Below, one piece after another: positions 1-9,673 of a stretch of 64,000 nucleotides of DNA (positions are counted from its first letter, which is position 1; every line of letters begins with the position of its first letter). The translations under genes and the position numbers were made by a program. The notes under the pieces were generated by a model. The model had not been told where the DNA came from. It ran no database searches and saw only the letters and a list, made by a program, of their open reading frames with translations. Origin of the DNA: Dehalococcoidia bacterium. GTDB taxonomy: Bacteria > Chloroflexota > Dehalococcoidia > UBA6926. The stretch is taken from NCBI GenBank assembly GCA_034422835.1, contig DAOUJJ010000011.1, forward strand, positions 2,942 through 66,941, written 5' to 3'.

Positions 1-333
1 GGTATTTGCGCGTGGCCTCCAACCCATACCGGACAGCGTTAGGTTGGCCGAGCCAATCAGAATGGTTTCGTCAAATCGATAATATTTGGCATGCAACGTT
101 GGATGCAGCAGAAATTGACCGCCCTGATCGAGGACAATTTGTCGGCACTCCAAGTCTGATGCCCCAAGCGCCAAATCTTGGGGTTTCCAACGAGTGATAC
201 AGACTAGCTGTGCCGTAGGCGCGAGATTGGTCAACAACTGAATGAGCGCATCAGCTTTAATATAGGGCGCTGCCACAGTCAACGTTTCTGCAGTCGAGAT
301 GGCTGCAAGCAACTCACGACTGACGTTATACAT
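1..333 (-). CDS. Phospholipase D-family (HKD) nuclease, 5' part only (runs off the left edge; not in the ORF track)
   Basis: Hand translation from ATG at 333: MYNVSRELLAAISTAETLTVAAPYIKADAL...LHPTLHAKYYRFDETILIGSANLTLSGMGW, 111 codons with no stop. HxK(x4)D...GSxN motif. The ATG overlaps the last codons and stop (326-328) of the GHKL gene. Confidence 0.8.
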   Translation of the reverse strand, partial: MYNVSRELLAAISTAETLTVAAPYIKADALIQLLTNLAPTAQLVCITRWKPQDLALGASDLECRQIVLDQGGQFLLHPTLHAKYYRFDETILIGSANLTLSGMGWRPRANT

Positions 334-2191
334 CCGACGGAATGTCGCCTACTTGACGTCGCTCTAGGAATCTGTTGACGTACCTGCCCCAATCGTTCGC
401 GACTCGCTGAACCTCACGGCGCTTTGCGTCAGGTGCTGCATAGTCCTCCATTTGGGCCCATCCAAGCAAGAGCAATCTAACGATCACGGCTGCGGACCAC
501 AGAGGGTCCCCCGACACATCGACATCTGCGTTGTTCAGTTTGTCTTCAATAAGGCTAATGTGGCGATATAATTCATGATTCATGTTGAGTCCCACGTGAA
601 GGGTTCCGGCGATTGACTCGACATCGAACATCTCGTCCCCACGTAAGTTCTTTGCCGCAAAATGAAATATGCGTCGCTTTTCGATTGTCTCGTTAGCCAG
701 TTTTTCGGCAGCCTCTGCAGACTGTCCTTGCTCCGTAAAGGCTTTAGCAAGGATATCCCTTCGCTCTGACTCGGAAGTTGTCTCTCGTTCCACATCGGTA
801 GTAGACCGCTGTTCTCGACCTTGGTCTATTTCCTCAATGTGGACATCTGACGCATTCTGTTCGGCCTCTTCTGCGGGCGTGGCAGGGCCACTTGGTTTCG
901 GCTTAGGTCTCCTCATGTTGTCATACATGGTGTCAATGCGCGCACGCATCGACCTAATCCGCCGCATTATCGATTCAACTAGACGATACATCTCGTCATC
1001 GTCCAGCATTTGCTCTTCCAAGGTTGCTTGTCGATTTTGTTCAGTACCACTGAGATCTCTAACAGCTTGAGTAAAATTCGCAACCATTTGTTTGTTGTGA
1101 TCAACACCAAAAAACTCATCAAGTCCGCGGCCGAATTCCACTTGCACGCCCCACCAACGATTCTGGGGTTCGTTGGATTCTCCACCCAAGCGTCGAAACC
1201 GCTCTTCGAGGAGAATCTCGCGGCCCTCACGGAGCACGGATACACCAATGTTGCGTCCAGCATGTCGCCCGTAGTTGGTAGCGCCAGGATTCCTACCAAC
1301 AGAGAGCTCTGGCTCTAATACATCCGCCTTTACAAGGGAATACCTGACTGTCACTTTCTGTTCTGTGCCATCTACAACAACAAGATGTTCGTCGGAGTCC
1401 TCCTCTATGAACATGGGGGATTCGTTCCACGGGGCAGGAGTAGTCGACGGGAACATAAGGTACATAGGGTCGTTAGGAACGAATGCAGTTTCAAAATTCG
1501 GCTCGCGCGGAGAAACAGACAGAAAGCTACTGCCACGGATTCGACAGAGCCTCTGATCTAACCACATCCGGTGAATTCTTCCAATTTCTCTTTGGCAATG
1601 CTCAATAACGGTGCGACCCTGCCGCCATTTGACCTTGTCAAGGTTAGTCCACACGACAAGCGTACCTGATCTGCTTTCCCAAATCTTAGAGTCTGCTGCC
1701 TGCAACCACCTCTCGGGTATTGGGGTGGCATTGTCGGGAATCGGTACTTGATGATCACCTGCCTCAATCTGGTCAGCGTCTATATAATTATGCAAACAAG
1801 AATCTATACCGTCCTGCCAAGTCCAGACGTCTACTCTCTTGCACTGCGACATCGACGCGGTGGGTAGCCCCATGCCGTACTTGCCTATCCCTCTACGTGC
1901 GAAGTACTTAGCTGTCTGACCAAATTTCAAGGCGTTAAACAACGTTGTAAAGTCCATGCCATTACCGTTGTCCACAACTGCCAAGGCTTCAAGCCCAACT
2001 CTTTTCCTCTGCTGGACTAAATCAGCCGATTCAGCACAAAGTAACTCTACCTGCCCGGCTCCTGCCTCAATCGAGTTATCTATCAACTCAGCTATGGCAT
2101 AGGCAGAGTTGTTATATCGGCTATCCCTTAGCGCCCTGACCGTGAAATAGCCATCGAATAATCTTCGATCTAGGTCGTCAGTATCAATCAT
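326..2191 (-). CDS. GHKL (Hsp90/MutL/MORC-like) ATPase
   Basis: Bergerat-fold motifs AIAELIDNSIEA, VVDNGNGM, GIGKYGMG, SGTLVVW; charged helical C-terminal region. Start placed at the ATG (2191) in ATGA overlap with the helicase stop, not the ORF-track 2287. Confidence 0.85.
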   Translation of the reverse strand: MIDTDDLDRRLFDGYFTVRALRDSRYNNSAYAIAELIDNSIEAGAGQVELLCAESADLVQQRKRVGLEALAVVDNGNGMDFTTLFNALKFGQTAKYFARRGIGKYGMGLPTASMSQCKRVDVWTWQDGIDSCLHNYIDADQIEAGDHQVPIPDNATPIPERWLQAADSKIWESRSGTLVVWTNLDKVKWRQGRTVIEHCQREIGRIHRMWLDQRLCRIRGSSFLSVSPREPNFETAFVPNDPMYLMFPSTTPAPWNESPMFIEEDSDEHLVVVDGTEQKVTVRYSLVKADVLEPELSVGRNPGATNYGRHAGRNIGVSVLREGREILLEERFRRLGGESNEPQNRWWGVQVEFGRGLDEFFGVDHNKQMVANFTQAVRDLSGTEQNRQATLEEQMLDDDEMYRLVESIMRRIRSMRARIDTMYDNMRRPKPKPSGPATPAEEAEQNASDVHIEEIDQGREQRSTTDVERETTSESERRDILAKAFTEQGQSAEAAEKLANETIEKRRIFHFAAKNLRGDEMFDVESIAGTLHVGLNMNHELYRHISLIEDKLNNADVDVSGDPLWSAAVIVRLLLLGWAQMEDYAAPDAKRREVQRVANDWGRYVNRFLERRQVGDIPSDV

Positions 2192-3441
2192 TTGGTTGAC
2201 CACAACGCCTCCCAGTTCTTGAATGCATCTGTCACCGAGCCGAACCCCGGCAGATTCATGTCCACCACTGTTAGTATTTCGGCCCACCTGGTTCCACCGA
2301 CATTTGGCCCGCGCAAGGCCCTTCCTACCATCTGTGAATACAGAACCAGGGATTTCGTTGGCCTAGCGATAATCACGCAAGTAGTCTTAGGGGCATCGAA
2401 TCCAGCTGTAAGTACGCCGTAATTCAAGATGATTCTGCCTTGAGCGGAGTCCTCTCTATACCGGCGTATTATTTCTGAACGTCTCTCCGGCGGCGTCTCC
2501 GCTGTTATCGCACTTGCATCAATGCCAATCACACGCAATAGGTCTTCGCACTTGTGAGCACTCTCGACTGACGGGCAAAAGACGATTACACGTCGGTGTC
2601 GTGCTATGGCCTCTTTTGCCCACTCCACGATCTTGCGGTTTCGTGCTTCATCCTGCCCCAATTTGTCCAGAATTTCTTTGGAATAATCGTCTTCTAGTGC
2701 GCTTTCTATCGGGACACCATCACCAGGAAATTCTCGCGTAACAAAGTGTGGCTCGGAGAGGTAGCCGCTAGCAATCAAATAAGTGACGGCATTGTCATGG
2801 CCTTGAGGGTCAATTGACACTTTTCTTTTCGCGAACATGTCCGCAAGAGTGTAGTCCTCATCACTCAATGTGGCCTGTCTGCCCGGAGTAGCAGTTAGTC
2901 CCAACAGTGGCGTTGCAGCGCCAATCAACTGCTCCGTCAAGAATGCATACGTTCGGGCAACAGCTTGGTGCGCCTCATCAAATACGACGCCGGCTGCCCT
3001 CTTAGCCAAGCGTGGGCTCCACACACTATCCCGGCGTGCAACACCCCACAATTTCGAAAGTCCCGCGACCAAGAAGCCTCCAGGCAAATCTCCTAGATCT
3101 TGTTGATGTTCGCCCCAGTAGTGGCTTACTGTCGCTTCTCTGGTGCCCAAGTGTCTCCAAGCTCTTTCCAATGCCTCTGCCGCTTGCTCGCAGAGCTCCT
3201 CGGTGGAGGCCAGCCAAATGACCAAGGCATCCTTTTCATCGCGACCATTGAGCATATGGCACGCGACATGAGTGGCTATCCGCGTCTTACCGGCGCCGGT
3301 TGGTAAGTGCGCCACAACGCGACGCTCAGGCATTTCGAGCGCCGCCAGAATGTCACGGTAGACTTGGCGTTGGTAGGGATGTAGGCCGTAGGCAGGCTCT
3401 ACCGTAGAGGTATCAGACGCCACAGTGTCCTTCGCATTCAT
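2188..3441 (-). CDS. Superfamily 2 DEAD/DEAH (ResIII-like) helicase
   Basis: Q-motif LHPYQ, Walker A LPTGAGKT, DEAH, GLTAT, VLTAGFDAP, QMVGRALR. Start uncertain (3423-3459); overlaps the upstream stop. Confidence 0.9.
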   Translation of the reverse strand: MNAKDTVASDTSTVEPAYGLHPYQRQVYRDILAALEMPERRVVAHLPTGAGKTRIATHVACHMLNGRDEKDALVIWLASTEELCEQAAEALERAWRHLGTREATVSHYWGEHQQDLGDLPGGFLVAGLSKLWGVARRDSVWSPRLAKRAAGVVFDEAHQAVARTYAFLTEQLIGAATPLLGLTATPGRQATLSDEDYTLADMFAKRKVSIDPQGHDNAVTYLIASGYLSEPHFVTREFPGDGVPIESALEDDYSKEILDKLGQDEARNRKIVEWAKEAIARHRRVIVFCPSVESAHKCEDLLRVIGIDASAITAETPPERRSEIIRRYREDSAQGRIILNYGVLTAGFDAPKTTCVIIARPTKSLVLYSQMVGRALRGPNVGGTRWAEILTVVDMNLPGFGSVTDAFKNWEALWSTK

Positions 3442-4288
3442 CCTCAAAGAGACCGTCATCCTCCAGTGTGCCCGCGGCGATTGCAGTTACCGCGCTTTCG
3501 AGCGGCTGCCGGGTTCTATGCAGATAGGGACGCCCTGCCAGAACTTGACGTACTGGGTTGCGCGTAGACTTGCGGAGCCAGCGATCAAATTTGACTGCTT
3601 CATCAAAGCTATCCGGCTCCATTTCCCACATTTCGCGCCAGTGGGCATCAGATCGATAAGGGCAAATGACACAAGCCGACCTAGGCAGATGTCGATCAGG
3701 GTATTCACTCTCAAACCAGTCGAGACAGTCCTGACGCGACATGCCGATGTCAATCAGCGGCCATTTATGCACCGTCCACGGCTCACGGCTTGGCTTCATT
3801 CGCAAAATCTCATCCGTTGAGATTCCGAGCCACATTTCTGCATGAGTGTTCTTCGGAAACGGGCGCCCGCGTTTTCCTCCAGCCCGTTCTCTAACCGCTC
3901 GGTGGATAGGCCGAATTTTATAGTGATTCGTGCATTGGCGGCGCAGAATGCCCGCCCCGCCATCGGGATTGGTAACGAACATTGGAACGTCAACAAAGTC
4001 ATGCCCGGACACAGTCTTGGCGCGCCTCAAATTTTCTTTGAGATTGCCATCACTCACCCGAATGAGTTCGAAATCAAGCTGTGTTTCCAGCCAATCCAGA
4101 TGCTGGTAAACATAGTCTGGTTCCCACCCGGTATCAGCGAATACCGCGATATCTGGTTTCTCATAGCCTGCATCGACAAGCCGCTGGTCACCTCGCGATA
4201 GGAGCAACGCAAGCACGGAGCTTTGGACTCCCGCGCCAAGGCTCAATGCTCTATAGGTCGCTACGCTACCCTGGTCAGGCATAATCAC
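3413..4288 (-). CDS. PAPS-reductase-like / PP-loop (adenine nucleotide alpha hydrolase) protein with Cys motifs
   Basis: PP-loop SLGAGVQS, FADTGWE, RQCTNHYKIRP, LGISTDE, SACVICPY, C-terminal ECEGHCGV; SD GGAGGTGA upstream (start 4288 or 4282). Confidence 0.8.
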   Translation of the reverse strand: MIMPDQGSVATYRALSLGAGVQSSVLALLLSRGDQRLVDAGYEKPDIAVFADTGWEPDYVYQHLDWLETQLDFELIRVSDGNLKENLRRAKTVSGHDFVDVPMFVTNPDGGAGILRRQCTNHYKIRPIHRAVRERAGGKRGRPFPKNTHAEMWLGISTDEILRMKPSREPWTVHKWPLIDIGMSRQDCLDWFESEYPDRHLPRSACVICPYRSDAHWREMWEMEPDSFDEAVKFDRWLRKSTRNPVRQVLAGRPYLHRTRQPLESAVTAIAAGTLEDDGLFEDECEGHCGV

Positions 4289-4336
4289 TCACCTCCCCGC
4301 ACCTTGAGTTATTAGGGTATCACCCTGCACTCGCCC

Positions 4337-4738
4337 CTACACCGCCGCTGCCCCTGCCACCGCGCACTCCTCATCCTGCTCGCCGGTGCCGCCGCCGACG
4401 CCGACTGCGCCGATGACCTCGCCGTCCTTCTCAATCGGCACCGCGCCTATGCTCAGGATCATGTGGTCGCCCTCGCCTGCCTTGATGCCCTGGAAGATCG
4501 GCCAGTCGGCCCTCTCCTGGAAGAACCCGCTGGGCCGACCGAACGCCGCGGATGCGATCGCCTTGCCGTGCGAGCCGTAGACGCTCGCCCAGATCGCCCC
4601 GTCCATCCGCGCAAAGGCGACCAGCCGCCCTCCCGCGTCCACGACGGCGATGCCCATCTTCGTCCCCTGCTCGTCAGCCTTTGCAGCCGCCGCCGCGATG
4701 ACCGTGTTCGCCTCATCCAACGTGATTGAACGTGCCAT
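4337..4738 (-). CDS. GlcG/HbpS-family heme-binding protein
   Basis: IAVVDAGGRLVAFARMDGA, KAIASAAF, GAVGVGGGTGEQD; SD AAAGGAG before the ATG at 4738. Confidence 0.85.
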   Translation of the reverse strand: MARSITLDEANTVIAAAAAKADEQGTKMGIAVVDAGGRLVAFARMDGAIWASVYGSHGKAIASAAFGRPSGFFQERADWPIFQGIKAGEGDHMILSIGAVPIEKDGEVIGAVGVGGGTGEQDEECAVAGAAAV

Positions 4739-4798
4739 TTCCGTGTCTCCTTTCGGTGTTCCGCGTTGTGGGTTCATGGTAGCGGATATGAGGACGCG

Positions 4799-6451
4799 CT
4801 AGGCGTTCTCTTGCGCAAGCAGCCTGGCGGCCACAGTCGTCGCCTCATCACGCGTGCCCACGATTTGCTCCGGGGGGACTTGCCTGAGAGCCTCAAGAGC
4901 ATCGAGATTGCGTTCCGGCATACCCGACAGCCCCATCACGATGCAGTGCGTGTCCTGGATGGCGGCGGTCTCAATCAGCTGCTCAACCACCAGGGCTGCG
5001 CTTTCGTCGATGTAGACCGTATCAGAGAAATCCAGGATAACCACCTCATGCTCCCGGATGTCTTCACCGATGGTGTCAATGAGTTTGCCGGAGGATGCGA
5101 TGGTAAAGGTCCCACGCAGGGCCACAAGTCCGATCCTGGCCGTAAAGTCATCGAACTGTTCCTCATTGCCCTGTGTCCCAAAGAAAACCTGGTCCAGGAT
5201 GGGGACGGAGATAACGCTGTCAAGCTCAAGTCGCTCGAATTGGCGCGCGTTCGTCACAGCCGCGGCGATCATGCCCACGGCAACGGCGGCAACCAGGTCG
5301 ACGAACACCGTCAGTCCGAACGTGAGCAGCATCACCACCAGGTGCTCACGCTGCACCCGGAACATGCGGGTAACGAATCGCCAATCAATGGTATCGAGCG
5401 CCACCTTTACCAGGATTCCGGAGAGGACGGCGCTTGGAATCAACTCAACGTAGTTGCCGAACTGCATCACGATAATCGCAAGAATCGCGACGGCCAGCAC
5501 GCCGGAAACGAGGGTGGACCCGCCCGCGCGGATATTGGCGACCGTGTTTGGCGTGGCGCCGGCGCCGGGCAGGCCCCTGATGAACCCGGTGATGACGTTG
5601 CCGATGCCTTGCGCCAAAAGCTCCCTGCTCGGATCGTTTCGCGAGCGAGTCATTGAATCCGCGGCAAGCGCAGTCAGCAGTGTGTCAACGGACCCAACGA
5701 GCGCGATGACCAACGCGGGCTCAGTGGCCCTCACGATGAAACCCAGGTCGATGTACGGCAGCTGGAAAAGCGGAATATCGGTAGGTACGGCCCCAACGGA
5801 TGGGGCGTCTTTCAGCCAGATGAGGCTTATGGCGGTTCCCACTGCCAACGCGACCAGCGTCGGCGGCAAATGCCTCTGGAATCGCCTGGGCCAGAGCAGG
5901 GCCGCTGCAAGCGTTATGAGAGCGATGAGCAGGGCGCTGCTTTGGAACTCGCCCATGAGTTCCGGAATGTCCGCAATCGTGCTAAACAGACCGCCAACAC
6001 CTACATGCCCGCCCAAGAAGGGCTCCAACTGCCCCACGATGATGATTACGCCCACGCCGGTCATGAACCCTGATATGACGGAGTACGGGGTGTATGTGAC
6101 GAAACGTCCGATTCGCAGCAGGCCGAACAGGACCTGGATCAGTCCGGCCATGATGACGATAGTGAAAGCCTCAGAGATGTTGTCCGCGTGCGCCGCGACA
6201 ATGACCGCCATGGCCACCGTCATCGAGCCTGTTGGGCCGGATATCAGGGATCTGGTGCCGCCGAACACAGCGGCAAAGAAACCGACGGAGATAGCGCCGT
6301 AAATGCCGGCGGCAGGACCCAGACCGGCCGCGATGCCGAACGCGAGCGCAACCGGCAGCCCAACGACGGCTGCCGTAACGCCCCCCACAACATCCCCTCG
6401 GAGAGATTGCAGACTATAGTGCCGATCTGACCCCAAAAGACGTTGAAGCAC
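4799..6451 (-). CDS. SulP-family inorganic anion transporter with STAS domain
   Basis: GDVVGGVTAAVVGLPVALAFG, multiple TM segments, ELLAQGIGN, C-terminal STAS (VILDFSDTVYIDESA). Confidence 0.9.
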   Translation of the reverse strand: MLQRLLGSDRHYSLQSLRGDVVGGVTAAVVGLPVALAFGIAAGLGPAAGIYGAISVGFFAAVFGGTRSLISGPTGSMTVAMAVIVAAHADNISEAFTIVIMAGLIQVLFGLLRIGRFVTYTPYSVISGFMTGVGVIIIVGQLEPFLGGHVGVGGLFSTIADIPELMGEFQSSALLIALITLAAALLWPRRFQRHLPPTLVALAVGTAISLIWLKDAPSVGAVPTDIPLFQLPYIDLGFIVRATEPALVIALVGSVDTLLTALAADSMTRSRNDPSRELLAQGIGNVITGFIRGLPGAGATPNTVANIRAGGSTLVSGVLAVAILAIIVMQFGNYVELIPSAVLSGILVKVALDTIDWRFVTRMFRVQREHLVVMLLTFGLTVFVDLVAAVAVGMIAAAVTNARQFERLELDSVISVPILDQVFFGTQGNEEQFDDFTARIGLVALRGTFTIASSGKLIDTIGEDIREHEVVILDFSDTVYIDESAALVVEQLIETAAIQDTHCIVMGLSGMPERNLDALEALRQVPPEQIVGTRDEATTVAARLLAQENA

Positions 6452-6668
6452 AGACCAATCCGCGGCCTTACCCGCAAAACACAGGCATAGATGCCCTGCG
6501 TCCCGTTTCCCTTACACCCGTCTGGAATCTTATACCTTTTCGCGGAGAGATGGCGACGCCTGGCGCAGGAGGAAGGGCATGCGGATGAAAGGTTAAGTTT
6601 CTATCTGGGTAGGTTGATTTTGGTTCCCATGTCACGCACGGGAATGACGAAGAGGGTAAAATTGCGGC

Positions 6669-7472
6669 GTGCGACTCCTCTTGACGAACGATGATGGGAT
6701 ACATGCGCCCGGCATCCTCGCGCTGGTGAAGGCGCTGCGCGGGCTGGGCGAACTCACCGTTGTCGCGCCGGACCGTGAGCAGAGCGGGATGGGGGCGAGT
6801 TTCACCATGCATCGGCCCGTGCGGGTGCGCCGCCTGCGCACGCGGGGGGTGCGCCACTACGCCGTGGACGGGACGCCCGGCGACGCGGTAATCGTCGCGC
6901 TCGGCCACATCATGGCGGAGGAGAAGCCTGACCTTGTCATCTCCGGCATCAACCACGGCACGAACCTGGGGGCGGACGTGTTTCTCTCCGGCACGGTGGG
7001 AGCGGCGCTGCACGCGCATATTCGCGGCATTCCGGCTATCTCCATCTCCATGCCGCTGCGCAAACGGCTTCGATATCGGACGGCGGCGGCGGTGGCATGC
7101 GTGCTGGCGGAGCAGATCCTGGCCGATACGGAGCGCTACGCGGGCCTCCTCTTTAATGTGACGGTGCCGAACCTGGGCCTGGAAAGACTGCAAGGCGTCG
7201 AAATCACGAACCTCGTCCCGCGCGCGGTGAACTTTGACGTGACACACGGCAACGATGGGCGGCGCGATTACTACTGGATCAGCGTGGAGCGGCAGACGCG
7301 CTCTCGCAAAGGCGTCGACATACAAGAAGGGACGGATGTGTGGGCGCTGCGCGAGAAAAAGGTGTCCATTACGCCGGTGCAGATGGACGCGACAGCGTAC
7401 GGCGCGATCGAGAAGCTGGGCGGGCTGCAGGAGGCCGTCTCAACGCTAACCGGCAAGGGTGTTCCCAATTGA
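6669..7472 (+). CDS. surE: 5'/3'-nucleotidase SurE
   Basis: LLTNDDGIHAPG, APDREQSG, DGTPGD, SGINHGTNLG, SGTVGAA. Confidence 0.95.
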   Translation: MRLLLTNDDGIHAPGILALVKALRGLGELTVVAPDREQSGMGASFTMHRPVRVRRLRTRGVRHYAVDGTPGDAVIVALGHIMAEEKPDLVISGINHGTNLGADVFLSGTVGAALHAHIRGIPAISISMPLRKRLRYRTAAAVACVLAEQILADTERYAGLLFNVTVPNLGLERLQGVEITNLVPRAVNFDVTHGNDGRRDYYWISVERQTRSRKGVDIQEGTDVWALREKKVSITPVQMDATAYGAIEKLGGLQEAVSTLTGKGVPN

Positions 7473-7498
7473 CGGAATAGGGGCGCAAATGCTACTTT
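7469..7498 (+). promoter_or_regulatory. Sigma70-type promoter upstream of hppA
   Basis: TTGACG-N18-TACTTT with an extended -10 TG (7490-7491). Confidence 0.5.
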
Positions 7499-7564
7499 CC
7501 TACTTGTGAGACGGGATTAATCCCGTCGTTTTTTGCGAAACGGGTAGGAGGCTAACCAGTAATC

Positions 7565-9640
7565 ATGGATGTTGCCGTTGCCGCGTCCCTTGGCGCCGGG
7601 CTTTTGGCGCTGATCTTTGCAGTCTTCCTGATCTTCCGTGTGATGCGGGTGGATCAGGGGAATGAGACGATGCGAGGCATCGCCGTCGCTATTCAGCAGG
7701 GCGCAATGGCCTTCCTGCGCCGCGAATACACCTACCTCGCCGCGTTCGTCATCGTCGTCACCATCATCGTCGCCCTCCTCGTGGAGCCGCGAACAGCCGT
7801 CGCATACGTGCTCGGGGCGATTGTCTCCGCCGCGACGGGCGCCTTGGGCATGCTTGTCGCAACGCGGGCCAACGTCCGAACGGCGGCGGCAGCCATACAT
7901 GGCCTCAACCCGGCGCTGCGCGTGGCATTCTCAAGCGGCGCGGTTATGGGCATGTCCGTCGTAGGACTTGGACTGCTCGGCGTCGGCCTCATGTATGTGG
8001 TCTATTCCAACATCTACCCGGACATCGATGCCGCGGAGATCATGAAGTGGGTGGCCGGATTCAGCTTTGGCGCGTCCTCCATCGCGCTGTTCGCCCGCGT
8101 GGGCGGCGGCATCTACACCAAGGCGGCGGACGTTGGCGCTGACCTCGTGGGCAAGGTTGAGCAGGGCATCCCGGAGGATGACCCCCGCAACCCCGCCACC
8201 ATCGCGGACAACGTCGGCGACAACGTCGGCGACGTGGCAGGCATGGGCGCGGACCTCTTTGAGTCCTACGTCGGCTCTATCATCGCGGCGATGGCCATCG
8301 CCGCGACGGCATACGCAATCGCCGACTACGATGCCTCGTTCATGATCCTGCCGATGGCCATCGCGGGCGCAGGCATCGCGAGTTCCATCATTGGCACGTT
8401 CCTGGTTCGCTCCGGCGAGCAAGCCAGATTTAAAGAGCTTTTGCGGTCGATACGCATCGGCATCTTTTCTTCAGCTATTATCGTGGCGATTGCCACCTTC
8501 GCAGTCATCAATTACCTGGAGTTCTCAGACGTTGAGATTGGCGGCAGCACGGTTGCAGCCGGCGACGTCGGGATTCGCCTGTTCGGCGCGGTGCTTGCCG
8601 GCCTCATCGGCGGCGTGATTATCGGCGTCGTCACAGAGTATTACACTTCCTATGAATACAGCCCTACGAAGGGCGTTTCTCAGTCCGGCGAGACGGGCCC
8701 AGCAACAGTTATCATCAGTGGTTTCGCGACGGCGATGCAGAGCACGGTAGTGCCGGTGCTGGTGGTCGGCGCGGCCATCTGGATCTCGTACGAACTGTTC
8801 GAGTTCTACGGGGTGGCGATTGCCGCCGTGGGAATGCTGTCCACGCTCGGAATCACACTCGCGACTGACGCCTATGGCCCCGTCGCGGACAATGCGGGCG
8901 GCATCGCCGAGCAGGCGGGCCTTGATCCCGAGGTTCGGGAACGGACGGACGCGCTGGACTCGCTGGGCAACACAACGGCCGCGACGGGCAAGGGCTTCGC
9001 CATCGGCTCCGCAGCATTGACTGCGCTGGCGCTCATGGCGGCCTATGCGCAAGCCGTTGACCTCACTGTGATCAGCCTGCTTGACTCCAAGACCCTGGTG
9101 GGACTGTTCATCGGCGCGATGCTGCCGTTCCTGTTCTCCGCGTTCACGATGGCCGCCGTTGGCCGTGCCGCGAACGCGATGGTGAACGAAGTGCGGCGTC
9201 AGTTCCGAGAGATTCCGGGCATCATGGAGGGCACCGCGGAGCCGGAGTATGCGCGCTGCGTTGACATCAGTACGCGCGGCGCGCTGAGAGAGATGATTGT
9301 GCCGGGTGTGCTGGCCGTTGTCGCGCCGGTCCTGATCGGCGTGTTCATGGGCAAGGAAGCGCTGGGTGGGCTGCTCATCGGCTCCATCGCCGCCGGATTC
9401 ATGATCGCCATCACGATGGCCAACGCGGGCGGCATGTGGGACAACGCCAAGAAGCTCGTTGAAACGGGCGCATTTGGCGGCAAGGGCACGCCGCACCACG
9501 AGGCGACGGTTGTCGGCGACACGGTCGGTGATCCGTTCAAGGACACCAGCGGCCCGTCGCTGAACATCCTGCTCAAGCTCATGTCCATTGTCGCGCTAGT
9601 CTTCGCGCCCTTCTTCCTGGACTACGGCCCGATCCTGTAG
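7565..9640 (+). CDS. hppA: Membrane pyrophosphatase, K+-dependent type (probably Na+-translocating)
   Basis: DVGADLVGKVE, DNVGDNVGD; GNTTAA with Ala at the K+-dependence determinant; DTVGDPFKD. Confidence 0.93.
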   Translation: MDVAVAASLGAGLLALIFAVFLIFRVMRVDQGNETMRGIAVAIQQGAMAFLRREYTYLAAFVIVVTIIVALLVEPRTAVAYVLGAIVSAATGALGMLVATRANVRTAAAAIHGLNPALRVAFSSGAVMGMSVVGLGLLGVGLMYVVYSNIYPDIDAAEIMKWVAGFSFGASSIALFARVGGGIYTKAADVGADLVGKVEQGIPEDDPRNPATIADNVGDNVGDVAGMGADLFESYVGSIIAAMAIAATAYAIADYDASFMILPMAIAGAGIASSIIGTFLVRSGEQARFKELLRSIRIGIFSSAIIVAIATFAVINYLEFSDVEIGGSTVAAGDVGIRLFGAVLAGLIGGVIIGVVTEYYTSYEYSPTKGVSQSGETGPATVIISGFATAMQSTVVPVLVVGAAIWISYELFEFYGVAIAAVGMLSTLGITLATDAYGPVADNAGGIAEQAGLDPEVRERTDALDSLGNTTAATGKGFAIGSAALTALALMAAYAQAVDLTVISLLDSKTLVGLFIGAMLPFLFSAFTMAAVGRAANAMVNEVRRQFREIPGIMEGTAEPEYARCVDISTRGALREMIVPGVLAVVAPVLIGVFMGKEALGGLLIGSIAAGFMIAITMANAGGMWDNAKKLVETGAFGGKGTPHHEATVVGDTVGDPFKDTSGPSLNILLKLMSIVALVFAPFFLDYGPIL

Positions 9641-9673
9641 AAGGAGAGCAAATCGGCATTCGAAGGAGTGCCC

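Noticed and set aside
326-4288. Calling the left operon Dnd, Ssp or DISARM
   Set aside because: No DndB/D/E, SspB/C/E, DUF1998 protein or methyltransferase is visible; only individual domains are shared.
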